Of a stretch of DNA of 64,000 bases, positions 36,782 through 47,413 are shown in pieces. The stretch comes from Escherichia coli (GTDB lineage: Bacteria; Pseudomonadota; Gammaproteobacteria; Enterobacterales; Enterobacteriaceae): NCBI RefSeq assembly GCF_050920415.1, contig NZ_CP169309.1; one strand, 5' to 3'. How positions within the stretch are numbered: position 1 is the first letter of the stretch; every line of letters starts with the position of its first letter. The notes below the pieces were generated by a model, which had not been told where the DNA came from, did not search any database, and saw only the letters and a program-made list of their open reading frames with translations. The translations under genes and the position numbers were made by a program.

Positions 36782-38721
36782 TGCCAGAAATTGGTAACGG
36801 ACTGCTGTGCCTGGCGCTAGGAATTGCGCTGTTGCTGTCCGTGTATCCGCTATGGGGCGTGGCGCGCGGGGATGCGCGCATGATGGCTTCTTCGCGCTTG
36901 TTTGCCTGGCTGCTATTTATGTCTGTGGCTGGCGCATTTCTGGTGCTGGTCAATGCTTTCGTGGTGAATGACTTTACTGTCACCTATGTTGCCAGCAACT
37001 CCAATACCCAGCTTCCGGTGTGGTATCGCGTGGCGGCAACCTGGGGTGCGCATGAAGGCTCGCTACTGCTGTGGGTGCTGCTGATGAGCGGCTGGACCTT
37101 TGCGGTGGCGATTTTTAGTCAGCGTATTCCGCTGGATATTGTGGCCCGTGTACTGGCGATAATGGGGATGGTCAGTGTCGGCTTTTTGCTGTTCATTCTC
37201 TTTACCTCTAACCCGTTCTCACGCACGTTGCCAAACTTCCCGATTGAAGGGCGCGATCTTAACCCGCTGTTGCAGGATCCAGGGCTGATCTTCCACCCGC
37301 CCCTGCTCTATATGGGGTACGTCGGTTTCTCGGTGGCGTTTGCTTTTGCCATTGCTTCTTTGCTGAGTGGTCGTCTGGACAGCACTTACGCACGCTTTAC
37401 CCGTCCGTGGACGTTGGCCGCGTGGATTTTCCTGACGCTCGGCATTGTGCTCGGTTCCGCATGGGCCTATTACGAACTCGGCTGGGGCGGCTGGTGGTTC
37501 TGGGATCCGGTAGAAAACGCCTCGTTTATGCCGTGGTTGGTGGGTACTGCGCTGATGCACTCGCTAGCGGTCACTGAACAACGCGCCAGCTTCAAAGCGT
37601 GGACATTACTGCTGGCAATCAGTGCCTTCTCGTTGTGTCTGTTGGGGACTTTCCTCGTGCGTTCCGGCGTGCTGGTATCGGTACACGCGTTTGCGTCTGA
37701 TCCGGCGCGCGGTATGTTTATCCTCGCTTTTATGGTGCTGGTGATTGGCGGTTCGCTGCTGCTGTTTGCCGCGCGTGGACACAAAGTTCGCTCACGCGTA
37801 AACAATGCGCTGTGGTCGCGGGAATCTCTGCTGTTAGCGAACAACGTTTTGCTGGTCGCCGCAATGCTGGTGGTATTGCTGGGGACGCTGCTGCCGCTGG
37901 TGCACAAGCAACTGGGACTGGGCAGCATTTCGATTGGCGAACCGTTCTTCAACACCATGTTTACCTGGCTGATGGTGCCGTTTGCGCTACTGCTGGGTGT
38001 CGGTCCTCTGGTGCGCTGGGGGCGCGATCGCCCACGTAAAATCCGCAATTTATTGATTATCGCCTTCATCTCTACGCTGGTGCTGTCTCTGCTGTTGCCG
38101 TGGCTGTTCGAAAGCAAAGTTGTGGCGATGACGGTGCTCGGCCTGGCAATGGCCTGCTGGATTGCGGTGCTGGCAATTGCGGAAGCTGCGCTGCGTATTT
38201 CACGCGGCACGAAAACCACCTTTAGTTATTGGGGCATGGTGGCGGCTCACCTGGGGCTGGCGGTAACAATTGTTGGTATTGCCTTTAGCCAGAACTATAG
38301 CGTTGAGCGTGATGTGCGCATGAAGTCCGGTGATAGCGTCGATATTCATGAATATCGCTTCACCTTCCGTGATGTCAAAGAAGTGACTGGTCCGAACTGG
38401 CGTGGCGGTGTGGCGACTATCGGCGTAACGCGAGAGGGTAAACCGGAAACGGTGCTGTATGCGGAAAAACGTTATTACAACACTGCCGGGTCGATGATGA
38501 CCGAAGCGGCGATTGACGGTGGCATCACGCGTGACCTGTACGCAGCGCTCGGTGAAGAGTTGGAAAACGGCGCGTGGGCTGTGCGTCTTTACTACAAACC
38601 GTTTGTTCGCTGGATTTGGGCGGGCGGGCTGATGATGGCGTTGGGCGGGCTGCTGTGCCTGTTTGATCCTCGCTATCGTAAGCGCGTGAACCCGCAGAAA
38701 ACTGCGCCGGAGGCTGTATGA
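36778..38721 (+). CDS. ccmF: Cytochrome c-type biogenesis heme lyase CcmF
   Basis: 647-aa polytopic membrane ORF. Confidence 0.9.
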   Translation: MMPEIGNGLLCLALGIALLLSVYPLWGVARGDARMMASSRLFAWLLFMSVAGAFLVLVNAFVVNDFTVTYVASNSNTQLPVWYRVAATWGAHEGSLLLWVLLMSGWTFAVAIFSQRIPLDIVARVLAIMGMVSVGFLLFILFTSNPFSRTLPNFPIEGRDLNPLLQDPGLIFHPPLLYMGYVGFSVAFAFAIASLLSGRLDSTYARFTRPWTLAAWIFLTLGIVLGSAWAYYELGWGGWWFWDPVENASFMPWLVGTALMHSLAVTEQRASFKAWTLLLAISAFSLCLLGTFLVRSGVLVSVHAFASDPARGMFILAFMVLVIGGSLLLFAARGHKVRSRVNNALWSRESLLLANNVLLVAAMLVVLLGTLLPLVHKQLGLGSISIGEPFFNTMFTWLMVPFALLLGVGPLVRWGRDRPRKIRNLLIIAFISTLVLSLLLPWLFESKVVAMTVLGLAMACWIAVLAIAEAALRISRGTKTTFSYWGMVAAHLGLAVTIVGIAFSQNYSVERDVRMKSGDSVDIHEYRFTFRDVKEVTGPNWRGGVATIGVTREGKPETVLYAEKRYYNTAGSMMTEAAIDGGITRDLYAALGEELENGAWAVRLYYKPFVRWIWAGGLMMALGGLLCLFDPRYRKRVNPQKTAPEAV

Positions 38722-39275
38722 AGCGCAACGTATTGTTAATTCCTTTGATTATCTTCCTGGCGATTGCCGCGGCGTTGCTGTGGCAGCTGGCACGTAATGC
38801 CGAAGGGGATGATCCGACCAATCTGGAATCGGCGCTCATTGGCAAGCCGGTGCCAAAGTTTCGCCTCGAATCACTGGACAATCCGGGGCAGTTTTATCAG
38901 GCGGATGTGCTGACTCAGGGCAAACCAGTGCTGCTTAACGTCTGGGCGACCTGGTGTCCGACCTGCCGTGCGGAACATCAATATCTGAATCAGCTTTCTG
39001 CGCAGGGCATCCGCGTGGTCGGCATGAACTATAAAGACGATCGCCAGAAGGCAATCAACTGGCTGAAGGAGCTGGGCAATCCTTACGCGTTAAGCCTGTT
39101 TGATGGCGACGGCATGTTAGGGCTGGATCTCGGTGTCTATGGCGCGCCAGAAACGTTCCTCATCGACGGCAACGGCATCATTCGCTATCGCCATGCGGGT
39201 GATCTCAATCCCCGCGTCTGGGAAGAAGAGATCAAGCCGTTGTGGGAGAAATACAGTAAGGAGGCCGCACAATGA
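38718..39275 (+). CDS. ccmG: Thiol:disulfide interchange protein CcmG/DsbE
   Basis: 185-aa ORF with WCPTC thioredoxin motif. Confidence 0.9.
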   Translation: MKRNVLLIPLIIFLAIAAALLWQLARNAEGDDPTNLESALIGKPVPKFRLESLDNPGQFYQADVLTQGKPVLLNVWATWCPTCRAEHQYLNQLSAQGIRVVGMNYKDDRQKAINWLKELGNPYALSLFDGDGMLGLDLGVYGAPETFLIDGNGIIRYRHAGDLNPRVWEEEIKPLWEKYSKEAAQ

Positions 39276-40324
39276 GGTTTTTATTGGGCGTGCTGATGCT
39301 GATGATCTCCGGCTCAGCGCTGGCGACCATCGACGTGTTGCAGTTTAAAGATGAAGCACAGGAACAACAGTTTCGTCAGCTTACTGAAGAACTGCGCTGC
39401 CCGAAATGCCAGAATAACAGCATTGCCGATTCCAACTCGATGATTGCCACCGACCTGCGCCAGAAAGTGTACGAACTGATGCAGGAAGGTAAAAGTAAGA
39501 AAGAGATTGTCGATTATATGGTGGCGCGCTATGGCAACTTCGTCACTTACGATCCGCCGTTAACGCCGCTGACCGTTCTGCTGTGGGTGCTACCGGTAGT
39601 CGCTATTGGCATTGGCGGTTGGGTTATTTACTCCCGCTCGCGGCGTCGGGTACGCGTGGTGCAGGAAGAGTTTCCTGAACAAAGCGTGCCGGAAGGTAAG
39701 CGTGCCGGATATGTTGTTTATCTGCCGGGTATTGTGGTGGCGTTAATTGTGGCTGGCGTCAGCTACTACCAGACCGGCAATTATCAGCAGGTGAAAATTT
39801 GGCAGCAGGCCACGGCTCAGGCGCCGGCGTTATTGGACAGGGCGCTGGATCCGAAAGCTGAGCCGCTCAACGAAGAAGAGATGTCCCGCCTTGCGCTGGG
39901 GATGCGTACTCAACTGCAAAAAAATCCGGGAGATATAGAAGGCTGGATTATGTTGGGCCGCGTTGGCATGGCGCTGGGTAACGCCAGTATTGCCACCGAT
40001 GCATACGCCACTGCGTATCGCCTCGATCCGAAGAACAGCGATGCTGCACTGGGATACGCTGAAGCGTTGACACGTTCATCTGATCCCAACGACAACCGCC
40101 TGGGTGGTGAACTGCTACGCCAGTTGGTGAGAACGGACCATAGCAATATCCGTGTGTTAAGCATGTATGCGTTTAATGCCTTTGAGCAGCAGCGATTTGG
40201 CGAAGCCGTTGCCGCGTGGGAGATGATGTTGAAACTCTTACCTGCCAACGATACTCGCCGTGCGGTGATTGAACGCAGTATCGCGCAGGCGATGCAACAT
40301 TTATCACCACAGGAGAGTAAATAA
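39272..40324 (+). CDS. ccmH: Cytochrome c-type biogenesis protein CcmH
   Basis: 350-aa ORF; N-terminal CPKC motif, C-terminal TPR-like region. Confidence 0.9.
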   Translation: MRFLLGVLMLMISGSALATIDVLQFKDEAQEQQFRQLTEELRCPKCQNNSIADSNSMIATDLRQKVYELMQEGKSKKEIVDYMVARYGNFVTYDPPLTPLTVLLWVLPVVAIGIGGWVIYSRSRRRVRVVQEEFPEQSVPEGKRAGYVVYLPGIVVALIVAGVSYYQTGNYQQVKIWQQATAQAPALLDRALDPKAEPLNEEEMSRLALGMRTQLQKNPGDIEGWIMLGRVGMALGNASIATDAYATAYRLDPKNSDAALGYAEALTRSSDPNDNRLGGELLRQLVRTDHSNIRVLSMYAFNAFEQQRFGEAVAAWEMMLKLLPANDTRRAVIERSIAQAMQHLSPQESK

Positions 40325-40383
40325 GAACAAGCCCGATGGTGATGCCATCGGGCCAGACTGATGGCAAAGTGCGCTTTGTTTAT

Positions 40384-40417
40384 GCCAGATGCGGCGTAAA
40401 CGCCTTATTCAGCCTAC
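40384..40417 (+). repeat. REP element flanking the IS
   Basis: gccagatgcggcgtaaacgccttattcagcctac. Confidence 0.5.
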
Positions 40418-40512
40418 AAAATCGTGCGAACTCAATACATTGCTCGATCCGCGTAGATACTGTTATGGCCTGCAAGTTTTTTTCTACCCTGGTTTCCCAG
40501 ATTGCAGGCATG

Positions 40513-41745
<1,233 letters not shown>

Positions 41746-41815
41746 CGTAGCGCATCAGGCAGTTTTGCGTTTGTCATCAATATCAGCCCGAGGGTAAATC
41801 CATCGGGCTATTTTT

Positions 41816-42463
41816 TTATTGTGCCCCACGTTGTTGCAGGAACAGAATGGTGGCCGCCACGCGTGAGCGGACATTGAGTTTACGCAGCAGATTGCGAATG
41901 TGTACTTTTACTGTCTGCTCGGAAATATTCAACACCGCGGCAATCTGTTTATTTGACAGTCCCTGTGCCAGCTCGTGCAGAACATCCAGCTCGCGCTCCG
42001 TCAGCACGCTGAAGGGATCTTCTTCCGCGCCAAACATTTCACGTTCACGTAAGTACTGATTGACGCGTTCGCTAAAGACTTTGCTGCCTTTCGCTCCGGC
42101 ACGAATCGCTTCCAGCAACACTTCCGGGTCGCTGTCTTTCAACAGATAACCGTCTGCGCCTGCGTCTATCAGCGCAAAGACATCGCTGGAGGCATCTGAT
42201 ACGGTCAGGATAATAATTTGCGCGGTAACGCCATCCCTGCGCAAGGCATTGAGGGTATCCAGGCCACTCATACCTTTCATATTGAGATCCAGCAAGATCA
42301 CGTCGATATCCAGTCTATTCGCCAGATCGATAGCACTTGCGCCGTCGCCCGCTTCGGCGACCACTTCAAAGCCAGGATCAAGTTCCAGTAACTGACGAAC
42401 ACCGCGTCGCATAAGTGGATGATCATCCACAATCATCACCTGAAAAGGCGTTGCTTCAGGCAT
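41816..42463 (-). CDS. narP: Nitrate/nitrite response regulator NarP
   Basis: ORF 41816..42493; start placed at MPEATPFQVMIVDDHP; receiver plus LuxR HTH. Confidence 0.9.
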   Translation of the reverse strand: MPEATPFQVMIVDDHPLMRRGVRQLLELDPGFEVVAEAGDGASAIDLANRLDIDVILLDLNMKGMSGLDTLNALRRDGVTAQIIILTVSDASSDVFALIDAGADGYLLKDSDPEVLLEAIRAGAKGSKVFSERVNQYLREREMFGAEEDPFSVLTERELDVLHELAQGLSNKQIAAVLNISEQTVKVHIRNLLRKLNVRSRVAATILFLQQRGAQ

Positions 42464-42781
42464 AGTAGTCTCCTGAGGTTTTATTAGAATCATTATGTTT
42501 GAGCGTAGCGTTGGAAACGCTACCAGGCGCGTGAATGTTACCCCATTTTATGTATGGACATGTAGTGAAAAGTACAGCTCAGTAGTTCACCCTCGCATCA
42601 TTTTCATTATAAATATGGAATTTTGCATCAACTTCCCATCAAGAAAAACAACTAAAAAATCAATCACAATACATGTGCATTTCTTTAAACAGTTTTTAAA
42701 AACTGACTCCGGGTATGGCGCTATGGGTATTTTCAGTACCCAATGCTTTTACAGCAATTAATTTCATAGGATGAAAGATTA

Positions 42782-45376
42782 ATGCATCACTCTGGTTCTG
42801 TTTCTCTTTGTCGTTCCGCAATATCTGTTCTGGTGGCTACAGCGTTATATTCTCCCATAGCATTGGCATCAACTGTTGAGTATGGAACGACTGTTGATGG
42901 TGTTGTCCTGGAAAAAGATATCCAGCTGGTTTATGGGACCGCAAATAATACGAAAATCACTCCCAGCGGAGAACAGCATATAAAAGAATGTGGTGTAAGT
43001 AATAATGCTGAAATAAACGGAGGGTATCAGTACATTGAAGCATATGGCTCAGCAGAATACTCAGTATTAAATGATGGTTATCAAATTGTTCAATTGGGTG
43101 GTGCAGCAAACCAAACTACCATCAATAATGGTGTGTTACAGGTTTATGGAGCTGCTAATGAAGCCACTATTAAAGGCGGGCGCTTACTCGTTGAAACCGA
43201 AGGCATTGCCATCTTCGCCGTTATCGAAAAGGGAGGACTACTGGAGGTTAAAGATGGCGGATTGGCATTTGCGGTAGATCAAAAAGCAGGCGGTGCAATC
43301 AAAACAACCACGCGGGTTATGGAGGTATTCGGAACAAATCGTCTCGGTCAGTTTGATATCAAAGATGGGGTTGCTAACAATATGCTGTTGGAAAACGGCG
43401 GAAGTTTGCGGGTTGAAGAGAATGACTTCGCTTATAATACCACTGTGGATAGTGGTGGTTTACTGGAGGTTATGGATGGCGGGACTGCAACTGGCGTTGA
43501 CAAAAAAGCAGGCGGAAAATTAATTGTTTCAACGAATGCGCTGGAAGTGAGTGGTACAAACAGTAAAGGCCAATTTAGCATAAAAGATGGCGTGTCTAAA
43601 AATTATGAACTAGATGACGGTTCCGGGCTAATTGTTATGGAGGGCACTCAGGCAATTGACACTATCCTTGATGAGCATGCAACCATGCAATCGTTGGGAA
43701 GAGATACTGGTACGAGAGTGCAGGCACATGCAGTTTATGATCTTGGTCGGTCAGTGCAGAATGGAAGCATAAAATATTCCTCAAATGCTATATCTGAAAA
43801 TATGGTTATCGATAATGGTCGCGCTAATGTCTGGACTGGCACAATGGTTAACGTAACAGTCAGAGGAAATGAGGGCATTATTGATGCAATGGCGCTGGAA
43901 TTAAATTTTTATACACCGGCTACATTATTAGGTGACGTGGTGGTTTCTGATGGTGCATCTTTAAGAACGCATGGCGCAGTGGATACCAGTAAAGCAGATG
44001 TTTCTATCGAAGAGAGTTTTTGGGCTATTATTGCCGATATCAATAATATAAACCAAAACACCCGTCTCAATTTAGCAAACCTGGTGATGTCAGACGGAAC
44101 TGTCGTTATGATGGCTGAGCCAGTGACTCGTTCATCTGTGACGGCAAGTGCGGAAAATTTCACTACATTGACCACTAATACCCTGTCGGGAAACGGCAAT
44201 TTTTATATGCGCACCGATATGGCCAATCACCAGAGCGATCAGCTTAACGTCACCGATCAGGCAACAGGTAATTTCAAAATCTTCGTTACGGACACCGGTG
44301 CCAGCCCGGCAGCAGGAGATAGCCTTACACTGGTAACAACGGGCGGCGGTGATGCTGCATTTACCTTGGGCAATGCCGGAGGCGTTGTTGATATCGGTAC
44401 GTATGAATATATCTTGCAAGATAATGGCAACCATAGCTGGAGTCTGGCAGAGAATCGCACGCAAATAACTCCTTCAACCACTGATGTGTTGAATATGGCG
44501 GCAGCACAACCGCTGGTATTTGATGCAGAACTGGATACCGTACGTGAGCGTCTTGGTAGCGTAAAAGGCGTTAATTACGATACGGCGATGTGGAGTTCGG
44601 CAATTAACACCCGCAACAACGTAACCACTGATGCGGGAGCTGGCTTTGAGCAAACATTGACGGGGCTGACGCTCGGTATCGATAGCCGTTTCTCCCGTGA
44701 AGAAAGCAGCACAATTCGTGGCTTATTCTTTGGTTACTCTCATTCTGATATTGGTTTTGATCGCGGCGGTAAAGGCAATGTCGATAGCTATACCCTGGGG
44801 GCTTATGCCGGTTGGGAGCATCAGAACGGTGCCTATGTTGATGGGGTGGTGAAAGTTGACCGTTTTTCCAACACCATCCATGGCAAGATGAGTAATGGGG
44901 CAACAGCGTTTGGCGATTACAATAGTAACGGCGCGGGTGCTCATGTCGAGAGCGGGTTCCGTTGGGGGGAGGGGTTGTGGAATGTAAGGCCTTATCTGTC
45001 CTTTACCGGCTTTACCACTGATGGTCAGGACTATACGTTATCAAATGGTATGCGAGCGGATGTGGGAAATACCCGCATATTACGCGCTGAAGCGGGAACG
45101 GCGGTAAGCTATCACATGGACCTGCAAAACGGTACGACGCTGGAACCCTGGCTGAAAGCCGCCGTGCGTCAGGAATACGCCGATTCTAACCAGGTGAATG
45201 TTAATGACGACGGCAAATTTAATAATGACGTGGCTGGAACCCGTGGCGTTTATCAGGCTGGGATAAGGTCATCGTTTACCCCGACGTTAAGCGGTCATTT
45301 GTCAGTCAGCTATGGCAATGGCGCGGGGGTAGAATCACCGTGGAATACCCAGGCGGGTGTGGTCTGGACGTTCTGA
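42782..45376 (+). CDS. yejO: Autotransporter YejO, apparently intact (864 aa)
   Basis: 864-aa ORF with signal peptide, repetitive passenger region and C-terminal beta-barrel ending ...VVWTF. Confidence 0.8.
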   Translation: MHHSGSVSLCRSAISVLVATALYSPIALASTVEYGTTVDGVVLEKDIQLVYGTANNTKITPSGEQHIKECGVSNNAEINGGYQYIEAYGSAEYSVLNDGYQIVQLGGAANQTTINNGVLQVYGAANEATIKGGRLLVETEGIAIFAVIEKGGLLEVKDGGLAFAVDQKAGGAIKTTTRVMEVFGTNRLGQFDIKDGVANNMLLENGGSLRVEENDFAYNTTVDSGGLLEVMDGGTATGVDKKAGGKLIVSTNALEVSGTNSKGQFSIKDGVSKNYELDDGSGLIVMEGTQAIDTILDEHATMQSLGRDTGTRVQAHAVYDLGRSVQNGSIKYSSNAISENMVIDNGRANVWTGTMVNVTVRGNEGIIDAMALELNFYTPATLLGDVVVSDGASLRTHGAVDTSKADVSIEESFWAIIADINNINQNTRLNLANLVMSDGTVVMMAEPVTRSSVTASAENFTTLTTNTLSGNGNFYMRTDMANHQSDQLNVTDQATGNFKIFVTDTGASPAAGDSLTLVTTGGGDAAFTLGNAGGVVDIGTYEYILQDNGNHSWSLAENRTQITPSTTDVLNMAAAQPLVFDAELDTVRERLGSVKGVNYDTAMWSSAINTRNNVTTDAGAGFEQTLTGLTLGIDSRFSREESSTIRGLFFGYSHSDIGFDRGGKGNVDSYTLGAYAGWEHQNGAYVDGVVKVDRFSNTIHGKMSNGATAFGDYNSNGAGAHVESGFRWGEGLWNVRPYLSFTGFTTDGQDYTLSNGMRADVGNTRILRAEAGTAVSYHMDLQNGTTLEPWLKAAVRQEYADSNQVNVNDDGKFNNDVAGTRGVYQAGIRSSFTPTLSGHLSVSYGNGAGVESPWNTQAGVVWTF

Positions 45377-45440
45377 TAACAGAAAATAAACAGGCCGTAA
45401 TGTGTCGCGGTCTGTTTATCAAATTAATCGCAGATATAAA

Positions 45441-45470
45441 AAAAACCAACCGCAATAGGTTGGTTTTTCT
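45441..45470. terminator. Bidirectional terminator at the island/yejO junction
   Basis: aaaaaaccaaccgcaataggttggtttttct: hairpin with A/T runs on both sides. Confidence 0.55.
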
Positions 45471-45493
45471 TGGGATTTTTGGTCGCACGAGAG
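45471..45493. repeat. Distal att direct repeat of the proL island
   Basis: tgggatttttggtcgcacgagag resembles tgggcgatttggtcggcacgagag at the tRNA 3' end (56281..56304). Confidence 0.55.
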
Positions 45494-45660
45494 TAGTTTA
45501 ATTGAGTGTATAACTAAATGATTTTAAATAATATTCTTTATTCAACTTTTAAATCGTATAACCAAACGTATAACTAAAATAATTTGCTGAAAAAGTGTAC
45601 AATTTCAGCAATAATTGCCCTAGCGACTATCATCCTGCTCCCCGGATTTTTTCCGGTTAA

Positions 45661-45897
45661 ATGTTAATCAGGCTGCTGGGCTTTGCCTGTTCGGTAGGTG
45701 TAATGATTATCGTAATACTTTTCCCCCAATGGGGTAAAAGCATCAACCGTAACGGAAGTCGTTATGGTTGCCTTGATGATCTGCGTGGTCATTATGACCA
45801 TTCAGCCAATGACCTTAATCAGAGCTTTTCGCTAAAAATGACGTTGGCCACTCGTCCGAAAAGCACAAAATCCCATCGATTTTTAATTAACGGTTAA
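45661..45897 (+). CDS. Hypothetical small membrane protein (78 aa)
   Basis: ORF with hydrophobic N-terminal segment (LLGFACSVGVMIIVILF); no convincing RBS. Confidence 0.25.
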   Translation: MLIRLLGFACSVGVMIIVILFPQWGKSINRNGSRYGCLDDLRGHYDHSANDLNQSFSLKMTLATRPKSTKSHRFLING

Positions 45898-46035
45898 ACC
45901 GTCTTTTTGTCACGTCGTGTCACTGGTTGTCACTCTCCGTCACGATCTCCGATAGCCTGGCTGCAAATTAAACTACGAAAATTTCGTAGTTCTGACTTCT
46001 TTCAGATAGTCGGTTGCCTGGTTACACGAAAAAAA

Positions 46036-46407
46036 TTACTTCCTGCGTTTATCCCGCTTTGTATGTCCGTGCTGAATGCCCCGCAGTGGATCTTCTTTTT
46101 TCAGGTCGATCCCCATGTCCGTTAGTGTTTTTGTGGCGGCGGTTCTTATGGCACAAATCAGGTCTCTTTCCGGTTCCCGGGTTATGGTTGCCTTCCGGAT
46201 ACATGCCGTTCGTCGTTCCGTTACATACTGACGCGCTTCATCACTTGCCGCCTGTTTCAGTAACTCACCCCAGCGATTAGCCGCCCGTCGCCATAAACCT
46301 TTCGCTTCCAGTTCTTCCGCTTTGTCATCATGCACCATAAGCATAATCCCATTGATACCTGTTAAATCTGAATGGTTGGTTTCCGTTCTTTTGATAATTT
46401 CCCTCAT
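46036..46407 (-). CDS. Hypothetical protein, possibly PerC-family transcriptional activator-like
   Basis: 123-aa ORF with LEAKGLWRRAANRWGELL motif reminiscent of PerC-type activators; start may be an internal Met. Confidence 0.4.
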   Translation of the reverse strand: MREIIKRTETNHSDLTGINGIMLMVHDDKAEELEAKGLWRRAANRWGELLKQAASDEARQYVTERRTACIRKATITREPERDLICAIRTAATKTLTDMGIDLKKEDPLRGIQHGHTKRDKRRK

Positions 46408-46450
46408 AGCTTATTGTATGACAGTACTGTCCCACAATAAGGAATCACAC

Positions 46451-46750
46451 ATGAGAATGACCAGGCACAAAAAACAGATTCTTGAACTTTACAAACCTGA
46501 GTATCGCGATTGGGTGCGGGTGGAGGCCGGAGATCCGCCTTTTGATGTTCGTGGTGTGACAGTGCTGCTCTATGGTTCCGAATATCAGCGATATCACATA
46601 GAGGCAACCCGACGAACGTTAAACGCTATGGTAAATGATGGGATCCTGTACCGCGTGAAAGTGCGCGAACCCCGCTTTGATGTGCGTATCGGTAGCGATG
46701 GCGCTCACTGTACGGTAATCCGGTACGGGCTGGGTAAATCAGATGATTAA
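46451..46750 (+). CDS. Hypothetical protein (99 aa)
   Basis: Start chosen at ATG 46451 preceded by AAGGA RBS (ORF track extends upstream to 46322); no recognisable domain. Confidence 0.45.
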   Translation: MRMTRHKKQILELYKPEYRDWVRVEAGDPPFDVRGVTVLLYGSEYQRYHIEATRRTLNAMVNDGILYRVKVREPRFDVRIGSDGAHCTVIRYGLGKSDD

Positions 46751-46873
46751 ATCACCAGAATGTAAATTTACATTCTGCCAGCCACCAGCTACAGAACGCA
46801 AATTTGCACTTTGCTGAAATATTAACGGGTTAGGCCAGAGTGCAAATTTGCATTATGCTTTAACTTCAGCAAG

Positions 46874-47155
46874 TTACCGCCGTAACCGCTCCGGCTTCTT
46901 CCACTGGTACGTTATTTTGGCTTTTTCCCTGTACGTCTGTATCCGGCGACGGTAGGCCAGCATTTCAAGAACGCGGATCCGTATGTCGCGCATATCCGCA
47001 TCATTAAGCTGGATACCATCACGGTGCATCACCTCAGCAACCACACGAACATAATTTTCTGCGGTCACGCTGTCCGGCTGCGTGGCCTGTTCGTCAGCCT
47101 GCTGGTTGATTCCGGCGACGCGGCGGATTAATCGCAGTAGTTCGGTTTCTGTCAT
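46874..47155 (-). CDS. Hypothetical protein (93 aa)
   Basis: ORF just downstream of the capsid-gene terminator; no recognisable domain. Confidence 0.4.
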   Translation of the reverse strand: MTETELLRLIRRVAGINQQADEQATQPDSVTAENYVRVVAEVMHRDGIQLNDADMRDIRIRVLEMLAYRRRIQTYREKAKITYQWKKPERLRR

Positions 47156-47315
47156 TGTGCCCCCATCGCGCTGGTTAAGAAAACAAGCTCAGATTTTTTG
47201 TAAAGAATCTGTCACGCTAAAAGATGTCGAACAAAAAACAACCTTCTCCATCATCTTTTTTGCATCGATTACATTAAAAACAACAGGTTACATACATGAT
47301 GATGATGACGATAAA

Positions 47316-47412
47316 ATCACAAAAATGCGCTTTTTTCCGCGCCCGCCCGCCCCGTGTTCATACCCACCCCACCAGGAGGACCCGCAAAAAAGGCGGCTGG
47401 TGCCGCCTTGTT
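47316..47412 (-). repeat. Repeated non-coding element, copy A: terminator hairpin plus GC box
   Basis: Shares a ~38-bp near-identical core (aaaaatgcgc(t/c)tttttccgcgcccgcccgccccgtg) and similar downstream architecture with copy B. Confidence 0.6.
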
Positions 47413-47413
47413 G

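Noticed and set aside
40331-40353. Hairpin after ccmH as its terminator
   Set aside because: Stem gcccgatgg/ccatcgggc lacks a T-run; a better terminator-like hairpin with T-run lies near 40520-40545, but its placement relative to the IS end is uncertain.
45907-46125. 72-aa plus-strand ORF
   Set aside because: Overlaps the phased GTCAC repeats and palindrome; no RBS; non-protein-like composition.
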